Source: Minutocellus sp. GHC0000111
Lineage: Eukaryota
Assembly: GCA_977018835.1 (NCBI GenBank)
Contig: OZ361259.1
Coordinates: forward strand, 1,922,001-1,986,000
Reading direction: 5' to 3'
Length of the DNA stretch: 64,000 bases
The notes under the pieces are model-generated. The model made no database searches and was not told where the DNA came from. It saw only the letters and a program-made list of their open reading frames with translations. Position numbers and translations under genes: made by a program. Below are positions 1 to 12,100 of the stretch, piece after piece (position 1 is the stretch's first letter; each line of letters opens with the position of its first letter).

Positions 1-832
1 CTTGAGAGATCTTTTGCAAATTCGGAATCACTTTCTGTGGAGTGGGATTAGCCCACCCACGGCCCGGTCTTACATCAAGGACGAGCGTCGGGGTCTCCAT
101 GCTAGACCTATCCAATATGGTATCGATGTAGAGCATTGTAGCGAGTGAATATGTGGACACTGATGCTACCTTTGTGTCAAGCATCGCAGGTAGTAGCAGT
201 AACACTCTGTTGCCCTCGACATCTCTCATATTTTGTTCCTCCTGATCTTGCACAAGTCGAATAATTTGGGGCAATTGGAGTTCCTGCGAAATGTTGGGGG
301 AGACAAGATGTGCAGTAGCACGACAACATACTTCCCAAACAGATCGATCGTCGAGGGTGGTGGATCCAGCACCTGAGGATGATGAAACAGCATTCATTGC
401 TTCCTGATTCTTTACCCTCCACGAAAAGTAGGCTTTCATCTTCTTCGACGCAGACGACACAGTCTTATGCTCTGCCAGAAAGCGTCGAACCTCTGCCTTG
501 GTTGCCTCAGGGAATTCCTCGGCAAGCCTCTGCAGCTTCTTACGCTCCTTTGCGCTGATCGACGTGGGAAAGTCTTGTTCTTGCTGCTCCTTCGTCTTCG
601 CCCTGAGCCTTCGCAGCTGTTCTCTCGCTCGCTCTTGCTCTTCCAGGTCGTGCTCATCTTCATCACCATCGGCCAGATCACTGCCCTCTCGAGACAAAGC
701 TGCTGTTGAAAAGGAATCGCCCGTCGTCATCTCAATCGAACGTCTCGTTGCAACTATTGATACCGACGTCAGTGAGGAGGTTTCGGACGAAAGGAGGACC
801 TCCTCGACCTCTTGCTTACAGAAGATCACCAT
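1..832 (-). CDS. CRAL-TRIO/Sec14-like lipid-binding protein, 5' part (runs off the left edge of the window)
   Basis: Not in the ORF track; translated by hand. Open from ATG at 832 (MVIFCKQEVEE...) to base 1. It contains AEVRRFLAEHKTVSSASKKMKAYFSWR (CRAL-TRIO N helix), RDVEGNRVLLLLPAM and TLVLDVRPGRGWANP (CRAL-TRIO core). Confidence 0.75.
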   Translation of the reverse strand, partial: MVIFCKQEVEEVLLSSETSSLTSVSIVATRRSIEMTTGDSFSTAALSREGSDLADGDEDEHDLEEQERAREQLRRLRAKTKEQQEQDFPTSISAKERKKLQRLAEEFPEATKAEVRRFLAEHKTVSSASKKMKAYFSWRVKNQEAMNAVSSSSGAGSTTLDDRSVWEVCCRATAHLVSPNISQELQLPQIIRLVQDQEEQNMRDVEGNRVLLLLPAMLDTKVASVSTYSLATMLYIDTILDRSSMETPTLVLDVRPGRGWANPTPQKVIPNLQKISQ

Positions 833-1050
833 TTTGCAGGTGAAGAACAAAGAATATATTATTTCGTATGCCGACGAAGTAAGCAGCAGTTGGCTCTGCT
901 GCAATTCCAAATGTTGTAGGATGCAAACCAATAACAATGCCGCTGCTCTACAAAGTTCCACCGCCTCTCTCGCGCGCGCCAACTTCTCGCAAAAAATGCG
1001 CGGGAGATGGCACCGACTTCGTGCTGGTGGAGCTTTTAAGCCTTTTTTTA

Positions 1051-1144
1051 ATGACGTGTCACTACCATGTCACTTAAAAGGTATGACGTGTCTCTACGAA
1101 CCACTTAAATGGTATGACGTGGAGCAACGAGGCTTTTAAAAGGT
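1051..1144. repeat. Three imperfect ~31-32 bp tandem units, each starting ATGACGTG
   Basis: ATGACGTG at 1051, 1083 and 1114; the units end ...cacttaaaaggt, ...cacttaaatggt and ...cttttaaaaggt. Confidence 0.8.
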
Positions 1145-1319
1145 GCTGCGTCATTTGTCTGAGTCTGGTGTTTTTTGAGGGTGCACCCCGCCAAAAGAAT
1201 GACGAACGAAACAAAAGACGAGTCGCTCGTCAAGCAGATCGAGTAAGCGGTACGACGGAATGCCGCTTGTGCCCTGATCAAAAAAGACGACGATATTTGC
1301 ACATATTGTTGCATTCGTC

Positions 1320-4088
1320 ATGGCGAAGACCATTGGTGCGAAGGACAGGTCCACCGGGCGTGTCCGTAGCGAGACCGAAGGCGAGATATCGGCGAGGGTG
1401 GCGAAGACTGCCAAAACAAGAAAAGCTAACAAGAGGAAGGACGAAGCCGAGAGAGCGGCGACTTCTCATCGCAAACAAGGCTTCTTTGATAAGCGGGTGA
1501 GAAGGAGTGCTGATGAACCTGCCAATGCAAGTGACGACGCCGGCGACGACTCGAAGGACGCCAGTGGCGATCATCCGATGCCCGACCAAGAGGCAAACCC
1601 CGCCGATGACGAAGTCTCTGAAGCCGGCGAAGACGGGGAGCTCACAGCCGAAGATTTGCTTGCAACCTTCACAGCCACCGGCGATGAAGTGGAGACGCAT
1701 GTTCCTCCCGACGTCGCTGCCAACTACGATGTGGCTGACGAGGGGTCGGGTGACATTGACGACGAGGACGGCGGTGGCGGTGGCGGTGGTCCTGATGCAG
1801 CAGCACCAGCAGGATTGATGGGAGCCTACATATACCACATTCACAAGCGGCTCAAGTACGAGCTAGGGAACAAGATCACGGCTTTGGAGGAGAAATGGCT
1901 ACTGAATTTCCTCAAGAAGAAGGAGAACGGGTGGTGGATTCGAAGTGGATGCGCTGCATTCATCTGCAGCAAAATGCCCGAGCTGGAACATGGCGAACAA
2001 TCATATTATCGGGATGTCCGCGTGTGGTTACCAGACCGGCAGTATGGGACACATTGCATGCCTTTTGCGGCACCTGTAAAAGCAACGAGAGTGTCGGACC
2101 TCATGGCTTTCGGGACAATCACTTTTCTCGGACGGTTGTTGGGCTGAAGCAAAATTACTATCTGATTTCGAGGCGGTATATTTGTCACCAATGCACAAGA
2201 GACGCCGATGCGCTTAAGAAGCGGCTAGAAGAGGAGGCCGCCAAAGGCCAGTTACACGTTGTGGTGGAGAAGCCACCAGCAAAGACTTTTATGGGGTGGA
2301 ACGCCGCTTCAAACAATCTTCTACCTTACAGCAAAGGCGATGAATTCCCAGCGTTTCTTACGTGGCGTGCTGCGGTTGACAAAGGTCTTATTGATCTGAT
2401 GAGGCCTCTATTTGACTTTGGTGTGCGGCCAGAGCAGTTTTCTAACTTAATTCTTGAGCAACACGCGAAAGAACACTCTCGACAATACCTCAAGTACGAG
2501 CGCAAGCTGGAAGAAGTAAATTTTCAAGGAAAGAAGCCTCAAATGTATTCTGATTTTGCCGATAAAGAAAAATATGCCGGTGTTGTTCCTACCGGTAACT
2601 ACTTTGCTTTGGTGTACAAGAGATACCACAAAACAATACGCACATTTCTATCCAAAGAAGTAAAGAAGCGAGACTCCCGGCAGCTGAGTTGGGATGTTTC
2701 GTACAAGGTGAACAAGAAGATGTGCCAGTATCATGGACAGGCGGTAAGTTTTTACACGCATGCTTTTGCTACATTTGTCATTGTCGATGCTTGCATCGTT
2801 ACCAACATGCTGTGCCATTCTGTATTATTGCATCATTTACAGGTATTCAAAGGACTAGTAACAGCCACAAACGAGTACGGCGAGATAAGGATTCAGTTTT
2901 ATGTTGTTACGGACGGTCACGACCAGATGGAGTCCGCTGTCCAAGCTTTTCTCGCTACAACCAATGCTTATGGACAGCGCCCTCTCAACCTCGTCTTCTC
3001 TGATAACCCCACCGCCGATGATGAATGGTTCAAGTCTCAGATTCCTTCCATTCAAGCTTCCCAAGACCGGCTCGACGAGGCTGCTTCTACAGAAAACGAC
3101 GGGTGTGCAAGGCTTCCCCAAAATAGGCCACTGCGACACATGGCTGGTAGATGGAATCCAAAACCTTGTGCTAAAGAACCACGGAACCCTGCTGTATCCC
3201 GATTGGTCCAATGCAAGTGACTTCCGCGATACCGAAGAGAGCTTTGGCGCCGTCGCTCTTCATAACAGGCCGCTCCACGATGCAGTTGAACTTGCCTACA
3301 AACGAATCCAAGAGAAGGAGGATGCGACAATCAAAGAAGCAGTGAGAGGTAATGCGAACGAAGAGGAAAGAAAGAAGGCTATTGCCAAAATACCAAGAAT
3401 GAAGCTCACTTCTGACCAAAAATATATTGCAGATGCAATGGGAGTACCCATGCCATTCTTACCTTTCCATGGCGAGAAGGAGTACAAAGAGCGCGCCAGA
3501 TTTTTGCTGGATCCAACCACTCCCAAGGAGGACGATGCGAAGGCTATTGCCTGGTGCAAGCTCGTTGATGGCATTGACATTATGCCAAAGCTACCGGTTC
3601 ATTTCCGTAACGCCGCCAAGCAGGTTGAGCGGAACGAGAGGGTAAAGAGCGCGGTTCGAAAGGCAAGGGATGCCTCCGCCCTGCTATCCACTCTGAATGC
3701 CGCCACCCTCCAGCCCACCCAAGCCGAAGCAGATAAATCCATGCCAACCAATGATGGGGCAGCAGTGAGATCTCAACAAAAAGCCCCTCAACCTGATGGT
3801 TGGGCTACACCGAGGCGGCACGGATCTCTTCAGCCGCCGGTGCCAACTGCCCGAGCAGAAATACCAACTAATGTTGTCGGCGGGACAAGCATTGCTGTTA
3901 CATGTACTGAGGCTCCAAGGGACGCCCCACAACGACGCAGCGGAGATCGAGGACCAGATCAAAGGAAGAGAGCCCGAAGAACATGCCAGAATTGCAAAAG
4001 GCATAATGGTGCAATGTATGCAACCTGCAAAGGTAAGGGTCCACGAGGAAAGTGTGAGTTTTATGAAGTGGATGGACGCCCAAAGTAG
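1320..4088 (+). mobile_element. KDZ-superfamily (Zisupton/Dileera-like) DNA transposase, frameshifted and internally deleted
   Basis: Three overlapping ORFs (1320, 1895, 2901) join into one protein. Motifs: CxxC...RRYICHQC Zn ribbon, EFPAFLTWRAAVDK, LSWDVSYKV (first catalytic Asp), FKGLVTATNEYGEIR, VFSDNP (second Asp), GFPKIGHCDTWLVD, and C-terminal RTCQNC...C...C. In-frame 99-bp GT-AG intron at 2744-2842. Frameshifts near 2063 (T-run) and near 3100. Element termini not identified. Confidence 0.7.
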
Positions 4089-5019
4089 CACAAAAATAAT
4101 TCAAGAAAATAATCCAATCGCATGCTCATGCAATTCATGCATGTAACAATCACACGCTGACAGCAACGATAATCAAATAATACACACACGAGCTTACCTT
4201 GCATGAATTTCTCTCATCCAACAGGCGAAAATGGCTGATAACATGCGCCCTCGGCCCTTGATTTCTGGCGTCGGATACGTGATGCTGTACATACAAAATG
4301 TTGCAACAACTTTCTGCCATCACACAAGATGGAACATCGTTTCTTGGCCAAATCGTTTCAATAATATATTGCCAAACACAAATGAGCCAAGAAATGGCGT
4401 TCCATTTGTGTTGAAAATGGGCATATCCATCTCGGCGGCACATCGGCGGGTGAAGATTTTTTGGGCATTTTTGGCGAGCGGCCATGCCGGCCGCAGAAGA
4501 TACGCCATGTTGGAAGCAATGGAAGCCGATAACGGCGACCAAACTTTATGGCTAGTTGAATGGTGGTACTGGGGAGGTGGTGTTGAGTTTGGGATGCCGG
4601 GGTGGTAGCCGGATGTGATCGTAAAAACTGGCAATATCATGAGGGCGGTGGATGGACGGGCGGTCGAACGAGACTTGCCATCGTCCCTTGATCGGTACAA
4701 GGTCCGCCAACGCGGTAACAAATACTAGCTAGTGGGAGAGGAACTCGTGTCTCTCGGCGGTATCGTGGTGCGCGCGTCGCTACAGTCGCGGCAAGGACGG
4801 CGGGACGGCGACGCTGCCCATGGTGTCAAGCAAAGATCGCTCTCTCTCTCTTCTCCAACTGACTACGTAGTTAGCAATTTAACCTCAGGCATTGTTGTAC
4901 TGTTATTTGGACAAAATGCCTTCGACGAAATCTCTCTCTCTCCTTCCCTCTTTTCCCTTTTTCCTTCTCTTTCCTTCTTCTTTTTCGTTTTCTTTCGTTC
5001 GTTATTATCACTCCACCAG

Positions 5020-5707
5020 CCCCGACCCAGAGAATCACACGGTCCTCATCCTCCGGTACAAGTCCACGTATGCGCGGGTCCTGGATTCCAACCGCAAGTT
5101 TCTCCAGGCTGCATCACGGTATCACGATCTTAGTCAGAGCAACACCGATATCGTTGATGCCGATGATCTGCTCCAGATGCTCGGCAAGGCGGCAACCTGT
5201 GCCATCCTTGCCCCCAGTGGTCCTCAGCGCCAGCGCGTCCTGGGCCTCGTCTACAAAGACGAGCGCCTATCGCAACTCGACTCGTTGCCAGAGTTTGAGA
5301 CGCATTCCGAGGTCCTGACCAAGATGTACATGAATCAAATCCTTCGTAAGGACGATGCCCTCCTCAAGTTCGAGAAGAGCCTCCCCGTTCACGCCCAGGC
5401 CGTCATGGGTGATGGCTTGACCATCATCGAGCGGGCTGTCCTCGAACACAACATGGTCGCCGTAAGCAAGATCTACGCCTCCATTTACTTCACCGAATTG
5501 GGCAAGCTCCTGGGTGTGGAGTCCGACAAGGCCGAGCGAGTTGCCGCCAAGATGGTCATGGACGGATCGATTCATGCTTCAATCGACGAAGTCGATGGAA
5601 TTCTCAGCTTCCAGGCCAAGGGCTCGCCCCTTGTTCAGTGGGATGAATCAATCACCTCGTTTTGCCTTCAGCTCAACCGCGTCACAGATGTTATTCGCGG
5701 GAATTAG
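5020..5707 (+). CDS. CSN4: COP9 signalosome subunit 4, 3' exon only (helical repeat + PCI domain)
   Basis: YARVLDSNRKFLQAA, AILAPSGPQRQRVLGLVYKDER, RAVLEHNMVAVSKIY and ASIDEVDGIL...WDESI. Preceded by a polypyrimidine tract (~4931-5000) and acceptor CAG at 5017-5019. No 5' exon found upstream. Confidence 0.85.
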
Positions 5708-6017
5708 GAAGGTTCTCATATCAATACAGTGCATTCAGCACTGAAAGTGAGAGTCACTTGCAAAAGGGGATGAGCGGTCAGATAAAGCATGAAGAATATT
5801 CTACGATCAGACTTGCTGTAACAGCAGCTTGCACGAGACTGGGGAGGAAAAAGCATCTCATTTCGGAGCTTTGGTCATGACGCCGAACGAACGAGACGAT
5901 TTACTCTCTACTAGCTACAGCAAGACTACTATTTAGAACCCTGTCTACCGCCAATTTGATGCAGGTGATATGTATTGACATTGTCGTTATTCACTGTAGC
6001 ACTAATGACACGGGCAT

Positions 6018-6773
6018 TTACGCAAGCCCATTTTGCGTCGCATAATCGACATGTGTTTTCAGATCCACACCCTCTGCGACTCAACCCTTCTCTCGAAGAC
6101 TCTTTGCCAGATAATTGATTCGTTTCGCGTTGACCCCGAAATCCAAATATCCTACTCGAGAGCTGGACCTGACCTGAACTCCTTCCCTTTCTGGAACAAC
6201 TGCCAGCTCCAAATCGTCAATGTAACCGTTCTTCAGAGCTTCAAACTGGACATAGATATAACCAGCCTTTGGATCTACCTTCTGTATCTCGAAACCACCA
6301 CCGTCAATATTGCCCTCACCTGGCTTGTAGGCACTGATGACCTGTTCCAGTTCCGCAAATGCCTTCTCCTGATCGTATCCCTTGGGCCAGGACCAAGCGG
6401 GGATGTAATGTTCGGGCTCATCCTCCGGATTGTCCGTCGAGCAGAAGCAATTGGGAGCAGGACCACACTGCTTCAGGCCTGAATATTCTTCGCCAGCCAT
6501 GTCGACCCGCTTGGAAATGCCCAGGTCCTTCGGCTTGGGACCGCGGCGCTTCGGCCTGTCGTCGTACTTGTCACTGATCTTGTTGGCAAATGCATTAGCG
6601 TCATCAGGAGCAGCCACGAGGACGGAAGGGATCACGACGGAACCGGCGAGGATTGAGGCAAAGGCATCTCGCCTTGAGACGACGTCTGATGTGCCACCAA
6701 ATCCAGCGACGCAAGCCATGCTCGCCGAGAATGCTGCCAGCACCAAACACAGAGTAGAAGCCGAGTATTTCAT
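6018..6773 (-). CDS. DUF1499 family protein, plastid/thylakoid-lumen targeted; in-frame TGA at 6081-6083
   Basis: Signal peptide + SRRDAF twin-arginine-like motif + ANA cleavage site. Motifs [17 protein letters not shown] and [20 protein letters not shown]. The frame stays open 20 codons past the TGA ([20 protein letters not shown]) to TAA at 6018. Confidence 0.85.
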
Positions 6774-6955
6774 CTTGATTGATTGAGTGTATTACGAGGC
6801 TCGTGCTGATCGTACTGCCTCTTTTTGGTTGTGAGTCAGTGGATCAGCCAGTGGAGCAGTCGGACAAGGTCCCGATTTCTGGTGGTCCCGATTGCGCCAA
6901 GCAAGACGCGTAGACCGCAGTCAGTGCTCAAGAGCATTTCCATTTCAAGACGACC

Positions 6956-8918
6956 ATGGACCATGCAACGAACGACACCGATGCAATAGACAATGCCACC
7001 GCATTCATCGCGGAGAATATCACCATAATTGTTGTGGATGAGGTCATCAGCAACAACCGCCCGGCATATGGATGGACGGCTTCCACCGCGGAAGGCATAA
7101 GCTTCTACTTTGTCGTCTTCCTCTCGCTTTTGGCTCTCAGTCTGGTCTTGTGCAACTTTCTGAAGGACCGACCCAGGATTGCGGCCGTGTTGCCCGAGGC
7201 CGGTGTCAGCATCATATTGGGAATACTGACCAGCTTTATTATTAGTCTCTTTGTTTCTGCAACTCCAGCGACGACTAATGGCGAAACTGACACAGTGGCC
7301 AACGCAGCCGCGAACCAGGTGCTGAGCTTTTCCAGCACAACGTTCTTTGTCGCCTTGCTCCCACCGATTATATTCCATTCAGGATATCGGTTGAAGATGG
7401 AACTATTCTTGCAGGACTTCACTCCGATTGTTTCCTTCGCGTGTGCTGGCACGGCTATATCGACACTGTTCATTGCATTCTTCCTTCAAACTCTTGTAGC
7501 AGCCGGCCTCTGCGACTTCGCTATTTTACCGAGCTCCTGACTTTTGCCTCATTGATATCTGCGACTGATCCTGTTTCTACACTGAATGTCTTTCAATCGA
7601 AAAAGGTTCATCCTAGACTATTCTATTTGGTTTTTGGCGAGAGCGTGCTAAATGACGCCGTTGGGTTGGTGCTGTTTAATGCTTTCGCCAAATTTGTGGG
7701 GAACGAAAAGAGTTTGTGAAGGTGACGGTCGCACTGGTGGCATTTATCATTGATTTTTCAATTGTGTCAGTTGGATCCCTATGTTTGGGAGTGCTCTCTG
7801 GTCTTATCGCAGGCCTGGTCTTTAAGAACGTCGATCTTAGGGAAAGCTGGCTCCTTGAATCATCCCTATACGTTTTGGTAGTATACGTTCCATTCTTCGT
7901 GGCCGAGGTACTTCATCTTTCTGGGATTGTCACCATATTGTTTTGTGGAATATCCGCAAGAAGATACGCTGAACCGAATTTGTCCAGAGAGACCAGTCGT
8001 TTAGCAGACAGCTTCTTTCATGTCTTTGCGCATCTTGCCGAGACGGCAATCTTTCTCGAGCTTGGGTTGAGCGTATTTGGTCTACAAAGCCACGGAAAAT
8101 TCTATCCGAAATTTATATCGTGGGCCATACTTGCCTGTCTTTTGGGAAGGGCCGCAAATATATATCCAATTGCTCTCTTGTACAACCAATGGCTCGACGG
8201 CAAGTTTTGGAATACGGCAGTTTCCAACAATCGCTTGTTGACGTTGTTGGCAACCTCTTTGTCCGCAACAGAGGAGAGTTCAGAAGGTGATGGGCATTCT
8301 AATTATCACCAAAATCGGAAAGTTGAGGCCAAGACTTGTCACATGCTATGGTATTCTGGACTACGAGGGGCTGTTGCCTATGCCTGCGCAAAAACCTTTC
8401 CTGATGCCAACGGAAATCAGGCCAACTTTTGCGTCGTTACAATGGTCATTGTTCTCACAACTACCTTTCTGTTTGGGGGAACAACAGAGATTGCCTTGGG
8501 TGTTTTGAACATTGATGTTGACGTAGACGAAGAAGAATACTTGAAGCAGACAAGCAGCGGGAAGAAGGGAGGGATAATCCAAACCTTTGAGGATCGTTTT
8601 GTATTTCCCTGCGTCCTACGAGATTATGGTGGTATCGATGAAGCGAAACGGCGAGAATACGTCCTAGACGGTAATTTGGGAGACGATGTATACCTGCATG
8701 CAGATAACAATGGCGACGGGGTTATTGGGGGCAGCCATTGTACGCATGTAAATGATGAATTTGTTCGATCTAGATCACCAAAAAGTCGGGGAATGTTTGA
8801 ATTGAGCAGCATGGGGAGGGTGAGGAGCAACGATGGTGTTGAGTCCGTTGTTTGCATCCCTGACGACGACGAAGGGAATGAAAGAGAATACACACGGCAG
8901 CACAATGCCTATGTTTAG
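6956..8918 (+). CDS. Na+/H+ exchanger (CPA1, NHE/NHX family) with two -1 frameshifts
   Basis: LPEAG, FFVALLPPIIFHSGY, LISATDPVSTL, LVFGESVLNDAV, LSGIVTILFCG and WYSGLRGAVAYA. The frame steps back one base at T-runs 7524-7527 and 7713-7715; adding one T at each restores a single ORF. Confidence 0.9.
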
Positions 8919-9191
8919 AAGAAGTCTACACGTGGTCTACTTTAGGTAGAGAGCATCTTACATGTACTGCATATCTATCTCCGCTTGCTTGCCGCCTCTT
9001 TTTTTATCGACATGCATCGCGCATTATTCATTATGACTCAAATTTTCCATGACATGACAATGACGCGTAATAGAAAGACACTCGAAACAAGGGATGGGCT
9101 CGAAAAACACCACACTCCCGCAACCCCATCGCTCGATTTTTCACACACAGGCACCGCGACCATCAACGCTACCGGCGAGAACTACCCCACC

Positions 9192-12100
9192 ATGGTGAAG
9201 TGGTTCCGCTCCGAGGAGATGGAGTACATCTCCCTCATCGTCAACCAGGATGCCGCCCATGACTGCCTCGCCGACCTCGGACGCCTCGGCGTCATTCAAT
9301 TCACCGACGTAAGTTGACCGGAACACACAGCACATAATCGCCAAGGGGCGAAATTTTTAGCTCCACGGACCAAGCGGTGGGTCGGGTAGAGGAGAGTGGG
9401 GGCCGGTACCGCCGCTGTATCCGTCCAATGACGGCGCATTGGCGGTGGATTATGCTTGGTAATTGTGGGATGGATGGGGGGTGGCAGCTGAAGGTTTCCT
9501 GGTGCGGTTTGGTTCGAAACAGCAGGCGTAAGATACGGCGCACCAAACTGCCGATGGAGGGAGTCTTTGCTGCCGTTGCGTTAGGTGGTTTGGGTGACCG
9601 ATGACCGACCTTGTGGGTGCTCATACAATGGTCTCGTCATACACCCAATACCACCAAATGTATCAGGCTCGGATCTCACTGGGCCAAGTTTCAGTGGTTC
9701 AAGATTTCCCAACACATTTCGTGCATTTTCTGTTTCGACGATAATATAATTCTTTCGATGCGTTTCGACCACACCCATCACTCACACCTCCTTGTCTTCT
9801 TCTCTAAACCTTGTATGATACCAACAACAGCTGAACCCCGACCTCACCCCCTTCCAGCGTCGCTTCGTCGGCTACGTCAAGCGTTGCGACGAGCTCGAGC
9901 GCAAGCTCCGCTACTTCGCCGGTGAGTGCGACAAGTTCAACCTCACCCTCGAGTCGGCCGGAGATGTCGATACCTTCCTCGAGAATGCCGCCGCCTCTGG
10001 TGCCGCCGCTGGATCCACCAAGGACCAGACCGGCGCTCATCTCCTCGAGTCGCTCGAGACCGAGCTTGAGGGATACGAGAACCAGCTCAAGGAGCTCAAC
10101 TCGTACAGCGAGAAGCTCACGACCGAGTACAACGAGAAGGTCGAGCTGCAGGAGGTCCTCGAGAAGGCCCGCCGCTTTTTCATGACCGATGCCCCCCGTC
10201 TGGCCGTTTCGGAGATGACCACCGGCGGACCCGAGTCGTCCGGTGCCGGAGACGACAAGGCCGAGGGCCTTCTCGGACCCGAGGACGCCCCCGGTGCCGC
10301 CCGTGACATGGACATGCGCTTCTCCTCCATCACTGGCGTGGTTGCCACTGAGGAGAAGGCTCGCTTCGAGCGAATGATCTTCCGTGCCACCCGCGGTAAC
10401 TGCTACGTCCGTTTCGCCCCCATCAAGCAGCCCATCACCGACCCCTCCTCCGGCGAACTCATCGAGAAGTGCGTCTTCATCGCCTTCTACAAGTCCGTCT
10501 CCATCGAGACCAAGCTCAAGAAGATCTGCGACGCCTTCGATGCTCATCGCTACTCCCTCCCCGACATGGACGACGCCCCGGCCGTCGATCGCATGCTCAC
10601 CGAGAATGCCCAGGAGCTTGTCGACTCCCGCACCGTCCTTCTCAAGAACCAGGACACCCGCTTCCGCCTGTGCCAGATGCTCGCCCGCCACACCGAGCGC
10701 TGGACCTGGATCGTCGTCCGCGAGAAGGCCATCTACCACTCCCTCAACATGTTCAAGGCCGACGTCTCGGGCATGCTCCGTGGCGAGGGATGGGTCGTCT
10801 CCGAGTCGGCCGCCGACGTCCGCGAGGCCATCACTCGTGCCCACTCCAGCATGGACTCCAGCATGCCCTCCCACATCGAGCAGGTCCCCAAGCCCTGGCC
10901 GACCCCTCCCACCCACTTCACCACCAACAAGTTCACCTACGGCTACCAGGAGTTCGTCAACACCTACGGTATTCCCCGGTATAGGGAGGCCAACCCCGCC
11001 CTCTTCACCGCTGCTACCTTCCCCTTCCTCTTCGGTGTCATGTACGGAGATATCGGCCACGGTCTCTTTCTCTTCTGCGCCGGTCTTTACCTCCTCTGGA
11101 ACGAGAAGGCCAACGACAAGGCCAAGCTCGGCGAGATGGCTGCCGGCCTCCACGCTGGTCGCTACATGATCGCCATGATGGGCTTCTTCGCCGTTTACGC
11201 TGGTTTCATTTACAACGATATGTTCTCCCTTGGCCTCAACCTCTTCGGATCTCGATGGGTCTTTGATGGTCAGTACAACGGAGAGGTCGAGGAGGGTGCT
11301 GTTGCCGTCCAGACCGCCGAGTATGGTTCCGCTGAGTCTGTGTACCCCTTCGGTCTCGATCCCATGTGGCACGTAACCTCCAACGAGCTTCTTTTCTTCA
11401 ACTCCTTCAAGATGAAGCTCAGTGTCATCTTTGGAATTGTTCAGATGTTTGCTGGTACCTGCCTCAAGGGTCTGAATGCCATCTACTTCAAGCAAAAGCT
11501 CGACTTCCTCTTCGAGTTCCTTCCCATGGTTGCCTTCGCCACCTCCCTTTTCGTTTACATGATTGTTCTCATTTTCATGAAGTGGAGCATCATCTGGAAC
11601 TCTCGAATGCTTTCCGCCACCTGCCTTGAGCCCAATGGCGATGGCTGGGGCAGCGAAGACTACAAGGAATGCATCGACGGACAGTGCGGTGTCTGGACCC
11701 AGTGCGCTGGACAGGGCAATGGTCTCTGCACTCCCTGGGGATATGACTGTACCGATCAGTCGACCACGGCCGACAAGTGCCCTCTCAACTTTGGCGGATC
11801 TGGCGACGGTTGCCAGCCTCCCAACCTTATCACTACCTTGATCAACATTGCTCTTCAGCCCGGCAATGTCGACGAGCCCATTTACTACGGACAGGCCGGT
11901 ATCCAGAACATCCTTCTCCTTATCGCCTTCGCCTCCGTTCCCATTCTGCTCCTTGCCAAGCCTTACTTCCTTTCCAAGCAGCACGAGAACACCGTCCACC
12001 ACCACGCCCACGATGACGAGGAACATGGCGAGGCTGAGGAAGACGACGAGCACGGCTTCGGTGAGATCATCATCCACCAGGCCATCGAGACCATCGAGTT

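Noticed and set aside
498..1139. 213-aa Ser-rich plus-strand ORF
   Set aside because: Antisense to the CRAL-TRIO gene, which the ORF track missed because it runs off the window edge.
4150..4721. Overlapping 125-133 aa ORFs on both strands
   Set aside because: No recognisable motifs or codon bias; probably non-coding TE-internal sequence.
960..4940. Terminal inverted repeats and TSD for the KDZ element
   Set aside because: No convincing inverted match between 850-1150 and 4100-4940 by eye; boundaries left undefined.
7520..7720. Programmed -1 ribosomal frameshifting in the NHE gene
   Set aside because: No X XXY YYZ slippery heptamer. The same short-homopolymer indel pattern occurs in many unrelated genes.
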